From Eledone cirrhosa (Eukaryota), in contig OZ024742.1 of assembly GCA_964016885.1 (NCBI GenBank), positions 269,018,001 through 269,082,000 of the forward strand: DNA of 64,000 nucleotides, in the 5' to 3' direction. The position numbers and the translations under genes were made by a program. The notes under the pieces were generated by a model. The model worked only from the letters and a program-made list of their open reading frames with translations, was not told the origin of the DNA and did not search any database. Of the stretch, positions 1 to 11,539 are shown one piece after another. Every line of letters starts with the position of its first letter. Within the stretch, counting starts at the first letter, position 1.

Positions 1-1650
1 CCGGAAAGAGATGGCGTGCAGAATTTCTGGCTGAAACATCTGGATGTTCAACATGAAGCTTTGGCAGCTGAATTCTCCAGGATTGTAGCATAGTGGATGA
101 CAAGTGTTATAACGTATCTTCTATCGGAGAATGAATGTACAGAAAATCCCCCAAACTACAGACCAATTACATGTCTCCCAATGATGTACAAACCCTCACA
201 CCAGTGATTACCAACAGGGTCTACAATTACCTCCTCTTTGGAGATCTATTTCCACCTGAACAAAATGCTGTTAATGAGGGAGGTATGGGTGCAAATATTA
301 ACAACTTATAGATAGACTCATAACGGAAAACTGCAAACAGAAAAAAGTAAAACCTGTGAATGGCATTGATAGACTACAAGAAGTCATTGGACAGCGTACC
401 TCATTCATGGATAATAAAGACATTAGAAACGTATCACATAGCACGTGAAATGACAAATTTCTGGAAGGCGATGATGACAGACTGGAAAACTACATGGTTC
501 TTCTACACCACAACGGACCACTGTAATATAGACAGTTCGCGATTAATCGTGGAATATTCCAAGGCGAGTCAATCTCTCCTTTGCTGTTCTGTATGTTACT
601 TGCGCCGTTAAGTCAGTTACTGTGGAGGACAGGCAGTCGTTATGAAATAGACAAAGACACCTCAATCACCTTCTTTATATGGATGATATCAACCAATTGA
701 GAAATAATAATGTGTAGCTGGAAGGTTTACTGCACAGAGTGATGACATCCATATTGAATTTGGACACGTTCAAAAAAGCAATATTCAACTGTGCCTTGCT
801 CTCTAGCCATAAAGGAATTTTCATAGACCAATAAACCACCATTATGGAATATACTAATAAAGAGTTCTACAAATATGTTAGAGATTTTGAAGGAGATAAA
901 ATCCTATATGCACGTATGTAGGAACACATACGGACGGAATACATAAGGAGAGTGGGACTGATCACAAATGTGAGCTAGAACCCTGAAACAAGTTCAACGC
1001 CATTAACAGTCTAGCAATACCAGTGGTAACATACATCTTTAACATCTTAAACTGGAATCTGCAAGAACTACAATGGGTGGACATGAAGACGAGAAAACAA
1101 TTGACAACAAAAAAAGTGCACCAACTTAAAGCCGGTATACATAGGCTGAATATTTCAAGGAAAGATGGACGGAGGCTCCTACAGCTGGAAGCTGCATACA
1201 AAACAGTAAACATTAGTTTGGATATCTACCTCACACACACCCGATAGGGACTTCTTAAGCTTGTACTAAAAAATGAACACATTTTAAAAAATACATTAAA
1301 TAAAAAAAAGAATGGCAAATTTAGGCCACTCCCTGAGTATGAAACTAGACATAACCATGAACAATCAACATCAGATTACTGTACAGCTAGCTATGACTGT
1401 GAAGATCAAAGCGAAGAAACTCAAAACCACTTCATACTAGATATCCATAACAATATTCTGACAATGATATCGCTCAGCATGGCTCATTATTCTGGATCAG
1501 AAATGTTTGTTTGAAAGCAGTGACTGGGGGACTCAGTTACTTCACAAGACCAATATCTAAACATTCGAGCCTAAGACACAGAAGAGTGAAAGATGGGACT
1601 AGCTCTCTATGCAGAATATACTACACATACGAAGAAACTTGCCGAAGATA
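1..1650 (+). mobile_element. Degraded R4/Dong-like non-LTR retrotransposon (RT region)
   Basis: Broken frames give NYRPITCL, IDYKKSLDSVPHSW, RGIFQGESISPLLF, NHLLYMDD and AINSLAIPVVTY, colinear with the better-preserved R4-like copy at 12014-14467. Many stops and frameshifts. Confidence 0.85.
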
Positions 1651-2520
1651 ATAGCTAGTTGGCTTTCATCGAAAGCCAGAGTTTCCCAATTGACGTTATC
1701 ATTCTTGCCCTCCAATCACTGTGTATAGATCATCAACTTGGAGTTTCCAGCGATTGGCAAAGAGCAGTGAGCACTTAAATACATTCCAGTTTCCAAGCGC
1801 TCCCCTTCGGTCTCAGCTTGAACCAGGATTGCATTTCCGTCAAGAAGATGAGGTGGGGGAAAACTATTCACAGTCGACGAAAGTCTGGAAATCTCGCATT
1901 TCAATGATGCATCATTTACGGCATGCCCAGTCCTTCACGCAGCGGGAGTTGACAGCAGATTGACCGCCTCATAATCGATATAGTTTTCTGAATCATCCAA
2001 CAAGCTCATAAATGTATCCAAGTGTAGCCCATATGACCAACAAAGCTGTATGATTAACAGTATTAAAGGCTCTGGTAAGGTCCAGAAATTATTAGTATCA
2101 CTATACTAATAATTTCTGGACCTTACCAGAGCCTTTAATACTGTTACTTGCTGCTCAACATATTTCTCTATAATTTGATTGGCTGAGAAAATCATGTCTA
2201 TCATACCCCACCCATCTTTGAATCCACACTGGGTCTCAGGGATGACACCAGGGCAGATTCCTTTTATTAGCCAATTTATTAAGACCTTGGATATGACTTT
2301 TCCTACCGATTCGAGCGGATGTATCCCACATTCCGATTTGAAGCCTTTGCCATTTTAAATTGAAAGCAAAAATACATCTACGCAGTCTTGCGGGACAAGA
2401 TCACCATGCCATAGTTAAGACAATCTCATAAATAGCGATAGCAACGCCACGTTGTCTCCTCTAACGCGAATCAGCTCAACAGGTATTCCATCCAAACCTG
2501 GAGCTTTCCCTCTGTTTATC
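1650..2520 (-). mobile_element. Degraded RTE-like LINE RT fragment
   Basis: Minus strand reads GKAPGLDGIP, GVIPETQCGF...MIDMIFSANQIIEKYVEQQ and FLDLTRAFNTVN, which are RTE-type RT motifs. Heavily decayed. Confidence 0.7.
2055..2146. repeat. Perfect inverted repeat, 44-bp arms, 4-nt loop
   Basis: 2055-2098 is the exact reverse complement of 2103-2146. The loop is CACT. Confidence 0.95.
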
Positions 2521-2588
2521 TCTTTGATTGTTTCATCAAAGTTTGAATCATATTTTCATATTTTTGTTTTTATTATGACAAAGGAATG

Positions 2589-3320
2589 GGCGATGTATTG
2601 GCAGTATCGGAAGAGCATCGGACAACATATTTTGCAGCATACCGTTTCGTCCCTTTACGTTCAGAGTCCAAATTATGTAGAGGTTAGCTTTGCCTTTTGT
2701 CATTACAGGGCCGATAAAATAAAGTACCAGTAGCGCACTGCAGTCGATATAATCGACTTTCCCCTCCACCTAAATTGTTTGCTTTGTGCCTAAATCAGAA
2801 ACTATTATTATTGTAGGCATGGGAGGTGGATTGGCATATCGGTATAGAGTCGGACACCATGCTTTGAAGCATAGAGTTACGTCCCTTTATGATCTGAGTT
2901 CAAATCCCGCCGAAGTTAACTTTGCCTTTCATCCTTACGGGGTCGATAAAATAAAGTACCAGTAATGTACAGGGTAATTGCTGGCCTTGTGCCTAAAATA
3001 GAAACAATTATTATTGTAGGCATCTCGCTGGTGTAATGATAGGTATTAGAGAGTGTGGATATCCTGCTGTGGGGTTCAATCTAGGTCAATATCTACACTA
3101 AATAATTGTTACTAATGTTTATAGGACCGAGATATTGGCATTATTAATAGTACGCCGGACACCATAGTTTACGCTGAGAGTTCAAATCCTGTGGAGGTTA
3201 GTTTCGCCTTTTATCTTTACGGGGTCGATAGAATAAAAACCAGTAGAACACTGTGTTCGTGAAATCGACTTTCCCTTCCCATACAAGTGTTTGTCTTGGG
3301 CCTAAATCAGAGAACGTTAT
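2589..3320 (+). mobile_element. Three tandem tRNA-derived SINEs (Nin/Deu-type core)
   Basis: A-box TGGCAGTATCGG, B-box GAGTTCAAATCC, core GCCTTTCATCCTTACGGGGTCGATAAAATAAAGTACC and (ATT)n tail. Copies at ~2589-2812, 2822-3015 and ~3120-3320. Confidence 0.85.
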
Positions 3321-3450
3321 GACAGACGAAAGATGGGCCTTTACATTTTAAAATATTGTAAATATATACTATAATAAAGGGAGGAGTGTGGGACAGCGTC
3401 CCACTTATGAATTTTTATCCCGTTAGTAAAATAAGTTGGATTACTTTCAA

Positions 3451-3822
3451 TAAATAATTGTTTCTACTTTTGGCACACGGCCAGCATCTATCTCAGTGTA
3501 TAACTGGTACTTTATTTTATCGGCCCCGTAAGGATGAAAGGCAAGGTTAACCTCGGCGAGATTTGAACTCAGACCATAAAGGGCCGTAACTCTTTGCTGC
3601 AAAGTATGGCGTCAGACCTCTACTGATACTGCCAATCAACCGCCCTTTGAATAAATAATTGTTTCTACTTTTGGCACAAGGCCAGACATTAACCAGTGCG
3701 TTAATGGTACTTTATTTTATCGACCACGTAAGGATGAAAGGCATAGTTACCCTCTGCGGGATTTGAACTCAGAATGGCAAGGGCTGTAACTCTATGTGTC
3801 AAAGCATGGCGTCCGACCCTCT
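3451..3822 (-). mobile_element. Two tandem copies of the same SINE
   Basis: Reverse complements of the SINE at ~3451-3645 and ~3652-3822. Confidence 0.85.
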
Positions 3823-5193
3823 GAATAAATACTGAATGATTATTATGTAATTTATCTACTAAATTTCGTAGTTATTCATTAAACATAAATATTCTTCTAT
3901 ATAAAGTATTGCTTATTTTAAGATACACTTCTTTAAAATGTTCAAATGTCAAGACTTCCGGTTAGCGTCCGTTATATTACAACACTTATTACATCGCTTA
4001 TATAAACGTTCATATATTTGCATCGTTATATAAAGTTTATATTTAGGTCACTAATTTTCTTCATTTTCGTTTTCATAGCATTTTAGTTTATTATATATTC
4101 AGTTTATATATAATATCGTATTTATTTAAATGCATCATGAATTACTTTACTCATTACAGAAGAGTGTGTAACACAGACTTCTTTCAATTTATGTGCATAT
4201 TGTCGATTACGATTTCATTTGACGTATCATACCTACATGTATATATATTTGCTTATAATATCAATATGCATACTACAGACGCCAGCAGGTGGTTTTTCTG
4301 CTAGTCTACCAATTCCGGGTGGTTTTTCTGCTAGTCTACATAATGTTCCACGAGAGAAATAACACATCGATTGTCTCCAGATGTTATATGGATTTTATTG
4401 ATTCAGGGTTTGACCTCTTTCATTATAGGGTTACATATATCTATATACAAAATTGTTTAATCAACGTTACATAGCTCACATAGATACGCTGAATAAACAT
4501 AGATGTAGAAATACATAGGCAAGAATTGTATTCCTTTTCTATCTGAGACCTCATAAACATCCATTAGAGAAAAACAAATTACATTTGCAGGGGACGTGAA
4601 ATGGTAAAGTACCGTTTCATGGTTTTATTATGTACATTGACATCATATAGGCAAGCAATTAAGTTTGACGCATATATTTTAATTATTTTCACCATTGAAA
4701 ATTGAACGTAATCGTCTTCTTAGAATTTTTTGTTTATATCATTTGATAATAATCTTCCAATCAGTGAATATCCAAGTAAATACTATATATGTTACGTTTC
4801 AGCAATGCCTTGAAGTCTGGATGATATTTAAATAGGTTTTGTTTTATTTTTATTCATTTTGTTTTCTTATAAATCAATCTGACACATTATTTTATATACA
4901 TATTAGACAATTAATGATTGTAATCAGCGAAAGTTTTCCTCTTGAGAATGAATCCAGGCAACGAATTCTGAGTGTAATGTTTGCTCAATACATAATTGAA
5001 ATCAGGTGTGTACAATAGTTTCCTTGTTTAAGTAGAAAACATAAAGCTGCTACTTTAATACAATTTCTCTGTAGACAATTTGACTACGAGAAAAATGTTT
5101 ACAGAGAGCGAACTTATTTGGGAACAATACCTATGCATATAAATATATATATATTTATATTTACATATATTTATATATGCACCACATGTACCA

Positions 5194-5242
<49 letters not shown>

Positions 5243-5245
<3 letters not shown>

Positions 5246-5577
5246 ACGGGTAAAATTCCCGAGATCCATGGACAGGTTCTCTCCAGCGGTCTATATCCCA
5301 CATTTTCGCTGCCATGTCCTGCGTCTCCAAGAGAGCAGTGTTTGTCCTTAGGGCATCGACATATGTTAACCTCGATCTTCTTCTTCCAGTGTGTTCATGC
5401 AGGGTCTCCCACAGGATCACTGAGTGTAGTATCAACTCTGAATGTCGGTGAGCATGTCCAGCTAACCTCAGTCATCTCTGTATCACTTTTTAGCTGACTT
5501 TTGGGAAGCTCTTGCACAGCTCTGTGTTCTTCATCCTCAGTGTATACTAATTAATGTTCAGAGCCATCCTCAGCATA
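5243..5577 (-). mobile_element. RTE-like LINE 3' end fragment
   Basis: Reads LRLAGHAHRH...ILWE...GRRRSRLTYVDAL...DIDRWR, a typical RTE C-terminus, and ends in (TA)n. Confidence 0.7.
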
Positions 5578-5579
5578 TA

Positions 5580-6476
5580 GGAGGTCACAGAAAACTTCCA
5601 GGACTGATGACAAAAAAGATTTATTTCAAACCCGAATTTCACTCTAAGAGTTTTCTCCTTCACAGTAATCCACCTGCAGAATGTAACTGTAATCTTAGCT
5701 CTGTGCAGCTATGACACTTTTTTCTTCATAATTGTATATACATGTCCTCTGTTTCAGGTCGTCAATCAATGAGCATAGAGCAACAAACAAACATGAAGTT
5801 TCTGGTACGGTTGGGGAAAAGTCCGCTGCAGCAAGTATATGGAGATGAGACGATGTCACGCACACGTGTTTTTAAGTGGTGCAATAGATTTAAAGAAGGA
5901 CACGAGGACGTGGAAGATGACACCAGGAGCGGAAGGCCCTCAACAACCATGTCTGAGGTCAACGGTGAGCGCGTCAGGCAGATGGTGCGTAGCGATCGTC
6001 GGCTGATTGTTCGACTGATGGCAAATGATCTGGGCATGAATCGGGACAGCGGCTGGAAGATTTTCACTGAAGAGCTGGACATGCGGAAAGTCTGCGCGAA
6101 GATGGTGCCGAAACTGCTGAACGATGACCAGAAGGGTAGAGGTATGCAAGTGTGCCAGGACATCATCGAGCGTCTTGAAACCGAACCAGGCTTGCTAGGG
6201 ACAGTCATCACCGGTGATGAGTCATGGATCTTCGAGTACGACCCAGAGGGGACCCGTTTTGAAGACGTGCAGGGCATCAAAAGAGCCGTGACGACGGAAG
6301 TGCGGAGGATCCCGGAAGAATCTTTCCAAAAGTGCATGCAAGTGTGGCAGAAATGGATGTAAAAGTGCATTAGACACCAGGGGCATTACTCTTTGAAGGA
6401 GTAAACCCTTAGTGTGAAGTTTGGGTTTGAAATAAATCTTTTGTAACAGGTCCTGGAACTTTTCTGACACACCTCG
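5580..6476 (+). mobile_element. Tc1/mariner DNA transposon, internally deleted, ~100-bp TIRs, TA-flanked
   Basis: Left end GAGGTCACAGAAAACTTCCAGGAC... matches the reverse complement of right end ...GTCCTGGAACTTTTCTGACACACCTCG. TA at 5578-79 and 6477-78. Confidence 0.92.
5742..6362 (+). pseudogene. Mariner transposase with in-frame internal deletion
   Basis: HTH region (EQQTNMKFLVRLGK, VFKWCNRFKEG, RSGRPST), KVCAKMVPKLL and the first catalytic motif TGDESW, then YDPE joined directly to C-terminal GTRFEDV. Confidence 0.9.
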
Positions 6477-6743
6477 TATTTATATATATAGTGTAGACAG
6501 TACGATGAAATATTTCCATTGGTTCCAAATCAAGCACTCTATGCAGAGGCAGAGTGTGTATAATAGAAAAAAAAACCTAAACAAGCAAAGAAATATCGGT
6601 GAATACACATCCGCATTGCCACCTCACCATTTACAGCAATACACACCAAAACGTCTACACAAAACCAAAAAGGGCCGATGCCTATATATACCTACTCGGC
6701 CCACATTTCACTACAAAAATATATGTTTTTTCGCATCACTAAT

Positions 6744-6823
6744 CTGAGGAGCAGACCGATACTGGAGTCGGAGCCATAACCTCTATGGGTAAGCTTGAGG
6801 CATTCATCTGCGAAACGCATGTA
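6744..6823 (+). ncRNA. Hammerhead ribozyme motif with 51-nt loop-2 insertion (PLE pseudo-LTR)
   Basis: CTGAGGA-GCAGA...TCTGC-GAAA-CGCATG-TA, followed by AATAAA and (TA)n. A second partial copy (8365-8441, minus) has the intact palindrome GAAACGCGCGTA. Helix I is weak. Confidence 0.7.
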
Positions 6824-6880
6824 ACAGGTCGATTCGCAATAAATGTTTTTCATATGTAACCGACACTTCCTCGTTTATTC

Positions 6881-6921
<41 letters not shown>

Positions 6922-7012
6922 TGTATATATATTGTATTTTGATACTTATAGAATTCCAGTAATAATCAGGAACTGATTATAGAGAGCGGTTGCCGGTCAA
7001 GCAGAAATTGAA

Positions 7013-7427
7013 AATTAGAATTGGCGCTCTGAAATAGCGATATATATATATGAATGTATATATAGTGTATTTTGCAATACACTCTATGTTAATTAAAAGC
7101 ATTTCGAAGACCTTACGCTATTGTTTTAGAGTAGTGACAGTCTCACTTACTTTAATTTTCAGCAAATAGGGGAGATAAATCTGACAGAGCTTAATTTTCA
7201 GCAAACAGGCGGAGTAGTTAGCTTTGATAAGCACCAAAAAGTGCGAAACAGAGCTATGTCAGCTTTATCTCCCTGTTTGCTGAAAATTAAAGTAAATGAG
7301 ACTGTCACTACTCTAAAACAATAGCGTAAAGTCTTCGACATGATTTTAATTAAGCATGCAGTGTATTGCAAAATACACTATATATACATTCATATATATA
7401 TCGCTATTTCAGAGCACCAATTCTAAT
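7013..7427. repeat. Fold-back element, ~178-bp arms, central degenerate hammerhead at 7220-7264 (+)
   Basis: 7013-7191 is an inverted copy of ~7252-7427. Centre reads AGCT-TTGATAA-GCAC-CAAAAA-GTGC-GAAA-CAGAGCTATG-TC-AGCT. Confidence 0.85.
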
Positions 7428-7430
7428 ATT

Positions 7431-7482
<52 letters not shown>

Positions 7483-7486
<4 letters not shown>

Positions 7487-8300
7487 ATAATAATAAATTT
7501 GAAGACTAAAATCCAAAGAGGGCTCGATAAGGATAAATATATATCAAATATATAAGAACCGTAGAGCAAATATTTATTAAAATAACAGATTATAGTTTAA
7601 GCAAAGAATCGCTGCTTTCACCCTTAACGGGATCTTCTGAAACTAACAATATCATTCTGTGAACGCAGAAGTGAATATTACAAAAAACATTGCAACCGGA
7701 GGAAGACAGGAAGACGATACTTTGGTTCGTGGAAACGTTCCCTGGCAAAGAACGGGAAAAAACGAATATAGTACGTCATTATTTGGAGCGGTGACAAACT
7801 ATTACACGCAAAAATAAAACCACGTATATGGTACAAAAGAAGTCGTAGACTAATATTCTATTAGGTGGTTCATAGAGACGTTATCTGGCAATGAACGGAA
7901 AAAACGAAGATAATACGTCATATGTGGAGCGGGGAGAACAATTGCACGCAAAGACAAAACCACGTAAATGGTATAACTGAAGTTGTAGACTAAAATTCTA
8001 ACTAGGAAACCGAATGATTCTCGGCTTCAGAGTTAAGAATAAAGTAAATAAAATACAGAGGTAATTGAAATTAAATAAATACATACACGCATCCATATAC
8101 GTACATACACAAGAATAGGCGAAAACACTCGCCATAGGTATACAAATACACGCACGTACACAAAAAAACCAGAAAAACCCACACGCACATACAGAACCCA
8201 CGCAACCCCTGTACTCGCACACATACGTATGTATACACCAAATACACATAAAAATAAAAATAAATATATATATAGGTGTGTGTGTGCGTGTATACATATA
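7483..8300 (-). mobile_element. Probable PLE pseudo-LTR remnant between (TA)n tracts
   Basis: Degenerate HHR CAGAAGA-TCCC-GTTAA-GGGT-GAAA at ~7605-7640 (minus), and an internal ~140-bp tandem duplication (7750-8000). The terminal ~80 bp recurs at 63836-63918. Confidence 0.55.
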
Positions 8301-8310
8301 ATTTTTACTA

Positions 8311-8370
<60 letters not shown>

Positions 8371-8744
8371 ATTCGGGGAAGTTTCATTTACATATCAAAA
8401 ATATGTATTGCGTATCGAACTGTTACGCGCGTTTCGCAGATTTTTGCGGGTGTTGGATGGTGTTTCTGCTAGTGTAGGAAACTGCGAGGTTGTGTCTTAT
8501 TTGAATGACTAAAATTTGCCACGGTAAATCCTTTTGCGTGATGCATTTATATATATTAGGGATTCATATATCGATATAGCATTCGATAAATTTAAAAACG
8601 AAACCTCCATATATAAACGTACATATTTACACATATACACAAGCACGTGCAAATATAGACGCCTACATAAATACACTCACACACATACATACACAGGCAG
8701 TACACTACGTATATAGAACGTGTGAAAAAAGTGTCCAATCCGCT

Positions 8745-8945
8745 CATCAAAATATTCGCATAACTAGCACTGGAGACGTATGATGTATATGGCCTTAGAG
8801 CCGACTTCCTTTCTCACCACCATTGATTCAGAGTTGGCTACGTGTAAGTGTGAGCCTCGTGATCTAGAATGGTTGTTTCAGCGCGTCAGCGTCACCATCC
8901 CCCGAAGAAGCGCCTTCTCTATTCTCTCCACCTGGGCCGCGGGAT
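8745..8945 (+). mobile_element. CRE-clade non-LTR retrotransposon 3' fragment
   Basis: LALETYDVYG...FLTTIDSELA...EPRDLEWLFQRVSVTIPRRSAFSILST resembles the CRE RLE C-terminus (ET.G..G...FL...L.QR.S.A.QRGNA.SI). Confidence 0.7.
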
Positions 8946-9625
8946 TTCAGACCGCCGCACAGCGCGTGGCGTCCCATTTGTTTATAATAGAGGCAGTGAC
9001 ACATGGATTTTGGTTTCATTATGTTCGGAAAAACACAAAATCTAAACACAAAGAAAATTATATATTTGCCCAACATTAGAACTTGTATACATAATAAAAC
9101 AGTCATAATTTTTCAAATAATTGATGGAAGCCCAGAATGAATTCATTAACCAATCCCTTAGTAAGAACAAAACCATTCTAATCCAACGGAAGATGCCACG
9201 TATATTTTTAATAATAATTATTGATAGAAAATTATGAAGAGAAAAATGAAACTATATATACGTTATAACAATCAAAGACTGTTTACAATCACATACGATC
9301 GTTTCATTCTAGCACAAGCCCTGATTCTATTATATGAGAAGTAAGCAAAAGCATCAACATACATATATTAGAAAAGAAAGCAAAGGCGGAAGAATCAAAT
9401 GCAAAATATGAGCATAAAAAACTTGAGCAGTTAAAGCATAAAATAATGTAATGTATTTATTCATAATGTATTTCGTCTCTGTAGTGTACATGTTATTTCA
9501 ATTGAACACTTTTCCTACTTTTAATTGGATAATATTTAATATTACCCACATTATACACACCCACATACTCACACATACTGACACACACACCCACCCACAC
9601 GCTCACATACAAACACACACACACA

Positions 9626-9704
<79 letters not shown>

Positions 9705-9706
<2 letters not shown>

Positions 9707-10000
9707 CAATGATATTAATAAATGGAAACTATATTTATTAAACCATATTTATTTTATTATATATATTTCAAGGTTACCTAAAACTTTGATACCGTCAATC
9801 AGATGAAACAGAAATTTAGTTTTATAAATAGTGACAAATGCCAGAAAGCAGACCTTATCGATTCAGGTTCCGTTTGGATAGTGAAATGAGACAAGAACTA
9901 GAAATATTATTTTGTACTCTCCTCCATTATCATTAGGGATTAAAACACCTGTAGCAAAACTATTTTTCAAAGCATTAGATATAATCTTTCCTAAATGAAG
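9705..10000 (+). mobile_element. PLE-derived segment, inverted homolog of ~38500-38800, with degenerate HHR on minus strand (9751-9808)
   Basis: Encodes TRTRNIILYSPPLSLGIKTPVAKLFFKALDIIFPK and aligns with the reverse complement of ~38510-38795. Confidence 0.75.
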
Positions 10001-11056
10001 TAGAAGCGTAAAATGAAAAAAATCGTTATATTTAGACGCCAGGTAAATTTAAATAATGATTAGGATACTTTATAAAGGAAGAAGAAAGAGGGGTTAATAT
10101 TAATATTAGGGGTAAGTAAATTTAAAAATTATGAATGTGTTGAAGTGGTAGAATACTAATCCAAAAACGTAAAATATATTACCAATACATGAGTTATAAT
10201 ATTATATAGATAGTCATTATAATTAGATTTTATGAAGAATTAAGGTTGTCTGTACACTTTAGCTTATTATATTACAACAGGTCATTTATATAAATATTTA
10301 TATAAATATTTATATAAATAAATAAAAATATAAATATTATTGGTGATTATATATGTTGTTATTTTCAATAGATAAATAATTCAAATATTATTATATAATT
10401 TAAGGGTTACGAAGGATATTGTGTTTACATTTTCAATATATAGTTAAGAAAAAGACCTAGTTCAAATTTTATAACATTTTATACATTCAAGTAGTTCCAC
10501 CAAGATAGAAAAAATTTACGAAAATTATAAAGTTAACGAAATTATAGAGAATTTGGTATTTATGTTGTTAAAAAGAGAGGATGTTTATGGGTGCTACATT
10601 ATAAAGGAAAAGATAACTCCAATGTTTCTTCGTTAAATTATTTACGTTAGATTTGTCATTTATTTTAGAATTTACTTTAAAAATGCGGAATGTATGTGGA
10701 GAAAATTTTATATATTATTCTGTGTATGATTATAAGGTATTTTATATTACATGTTTTCAAAGATGAGAATTTCTTTGATATGTATTTAGATATTATCTAT
10801 ATAGTCAATTAGGAAGAAAATATTATTACAGACATCATGAGTGTATTTAGAAACTATCACGAGATAGATATATTTCAAAATATCAATTAAAAAATATATT
10901 AAAAATGTCAATTTAAAAAAATTAAGAATAACAATTGGAAAATAATATCATTTGTAAAAATATTACATACCAAGAAAAATATCATTTAAAAATCACCACT
11001 AAACATCGACAGAAGCATAGTGAAGACATATAAACTGTGAACAAATGAAATACATA

Positions 11057-11520
11057 CTATAGATTAAAAATACTTCGGAATATCATTTTTTGGAGATGTC
11101 TGCAGGGGCTGAATATTTCTTTCTTTAAGTTGATAGAGTTTTGGCAGATAAGTATATAAAACATTTCTTTAATACATAAATGACAGACTCTTGAGAGAGC
11201 CATATTTCAGTATGCGGGTGCTTTCGAAATATTTCCCCAAGAGATTGAATAGTTAACATTATTGTCTTTTAAGTACCAAATTAGATGTGGAAGTGATGTA
11301 GACATTTTTTATCGGATCTATTAATTGTATGTTTATGATTATACCAGCGTTCTTTAACTTTTGTTGAAGTGGCTCCTATATAGTTATATATTTTATCTCG
11401 AGTTTTTACTATACATTTGTATACTAAGTATTTATCTAGGCAATTATTCTGTAAAGGGCAATTTGATTAATTTCTAAAGTTACATTTTCGAGAGTTAATG
11501 TTACTAGGAACGTTACTATT
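11057..11520 (-). pseudogene. PLE GIY-YIG endonuclease domain
   Basis: NSNVPSNINSRKCNFRN*SNCPLQNNCLDKYLVYKCIVKTRDKIYNYIGATSTKVKERWYNH ... CHLCIKEMFYILICQNSINLKKEIFSPCRHLQK. Confidence 0.88.
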
Positions 11521-11539
11521 ATTATTATTATTATTATTA

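Noticed and set aside
2589-3822. A/B boxes suggesting tRNA genes, and repeated units suggesting a CRISPR-like array
   Set aside because: They are SINE heads with core and tail. No cloverleaf, no regular repeat-spacer structure, and a eukaryotic context.
4150-4185. CAGAAGA-GTGT-GTA-ACAC HHR-like string
   Set aside because: No GAAA and no helix III palindrome. Too degenerate.
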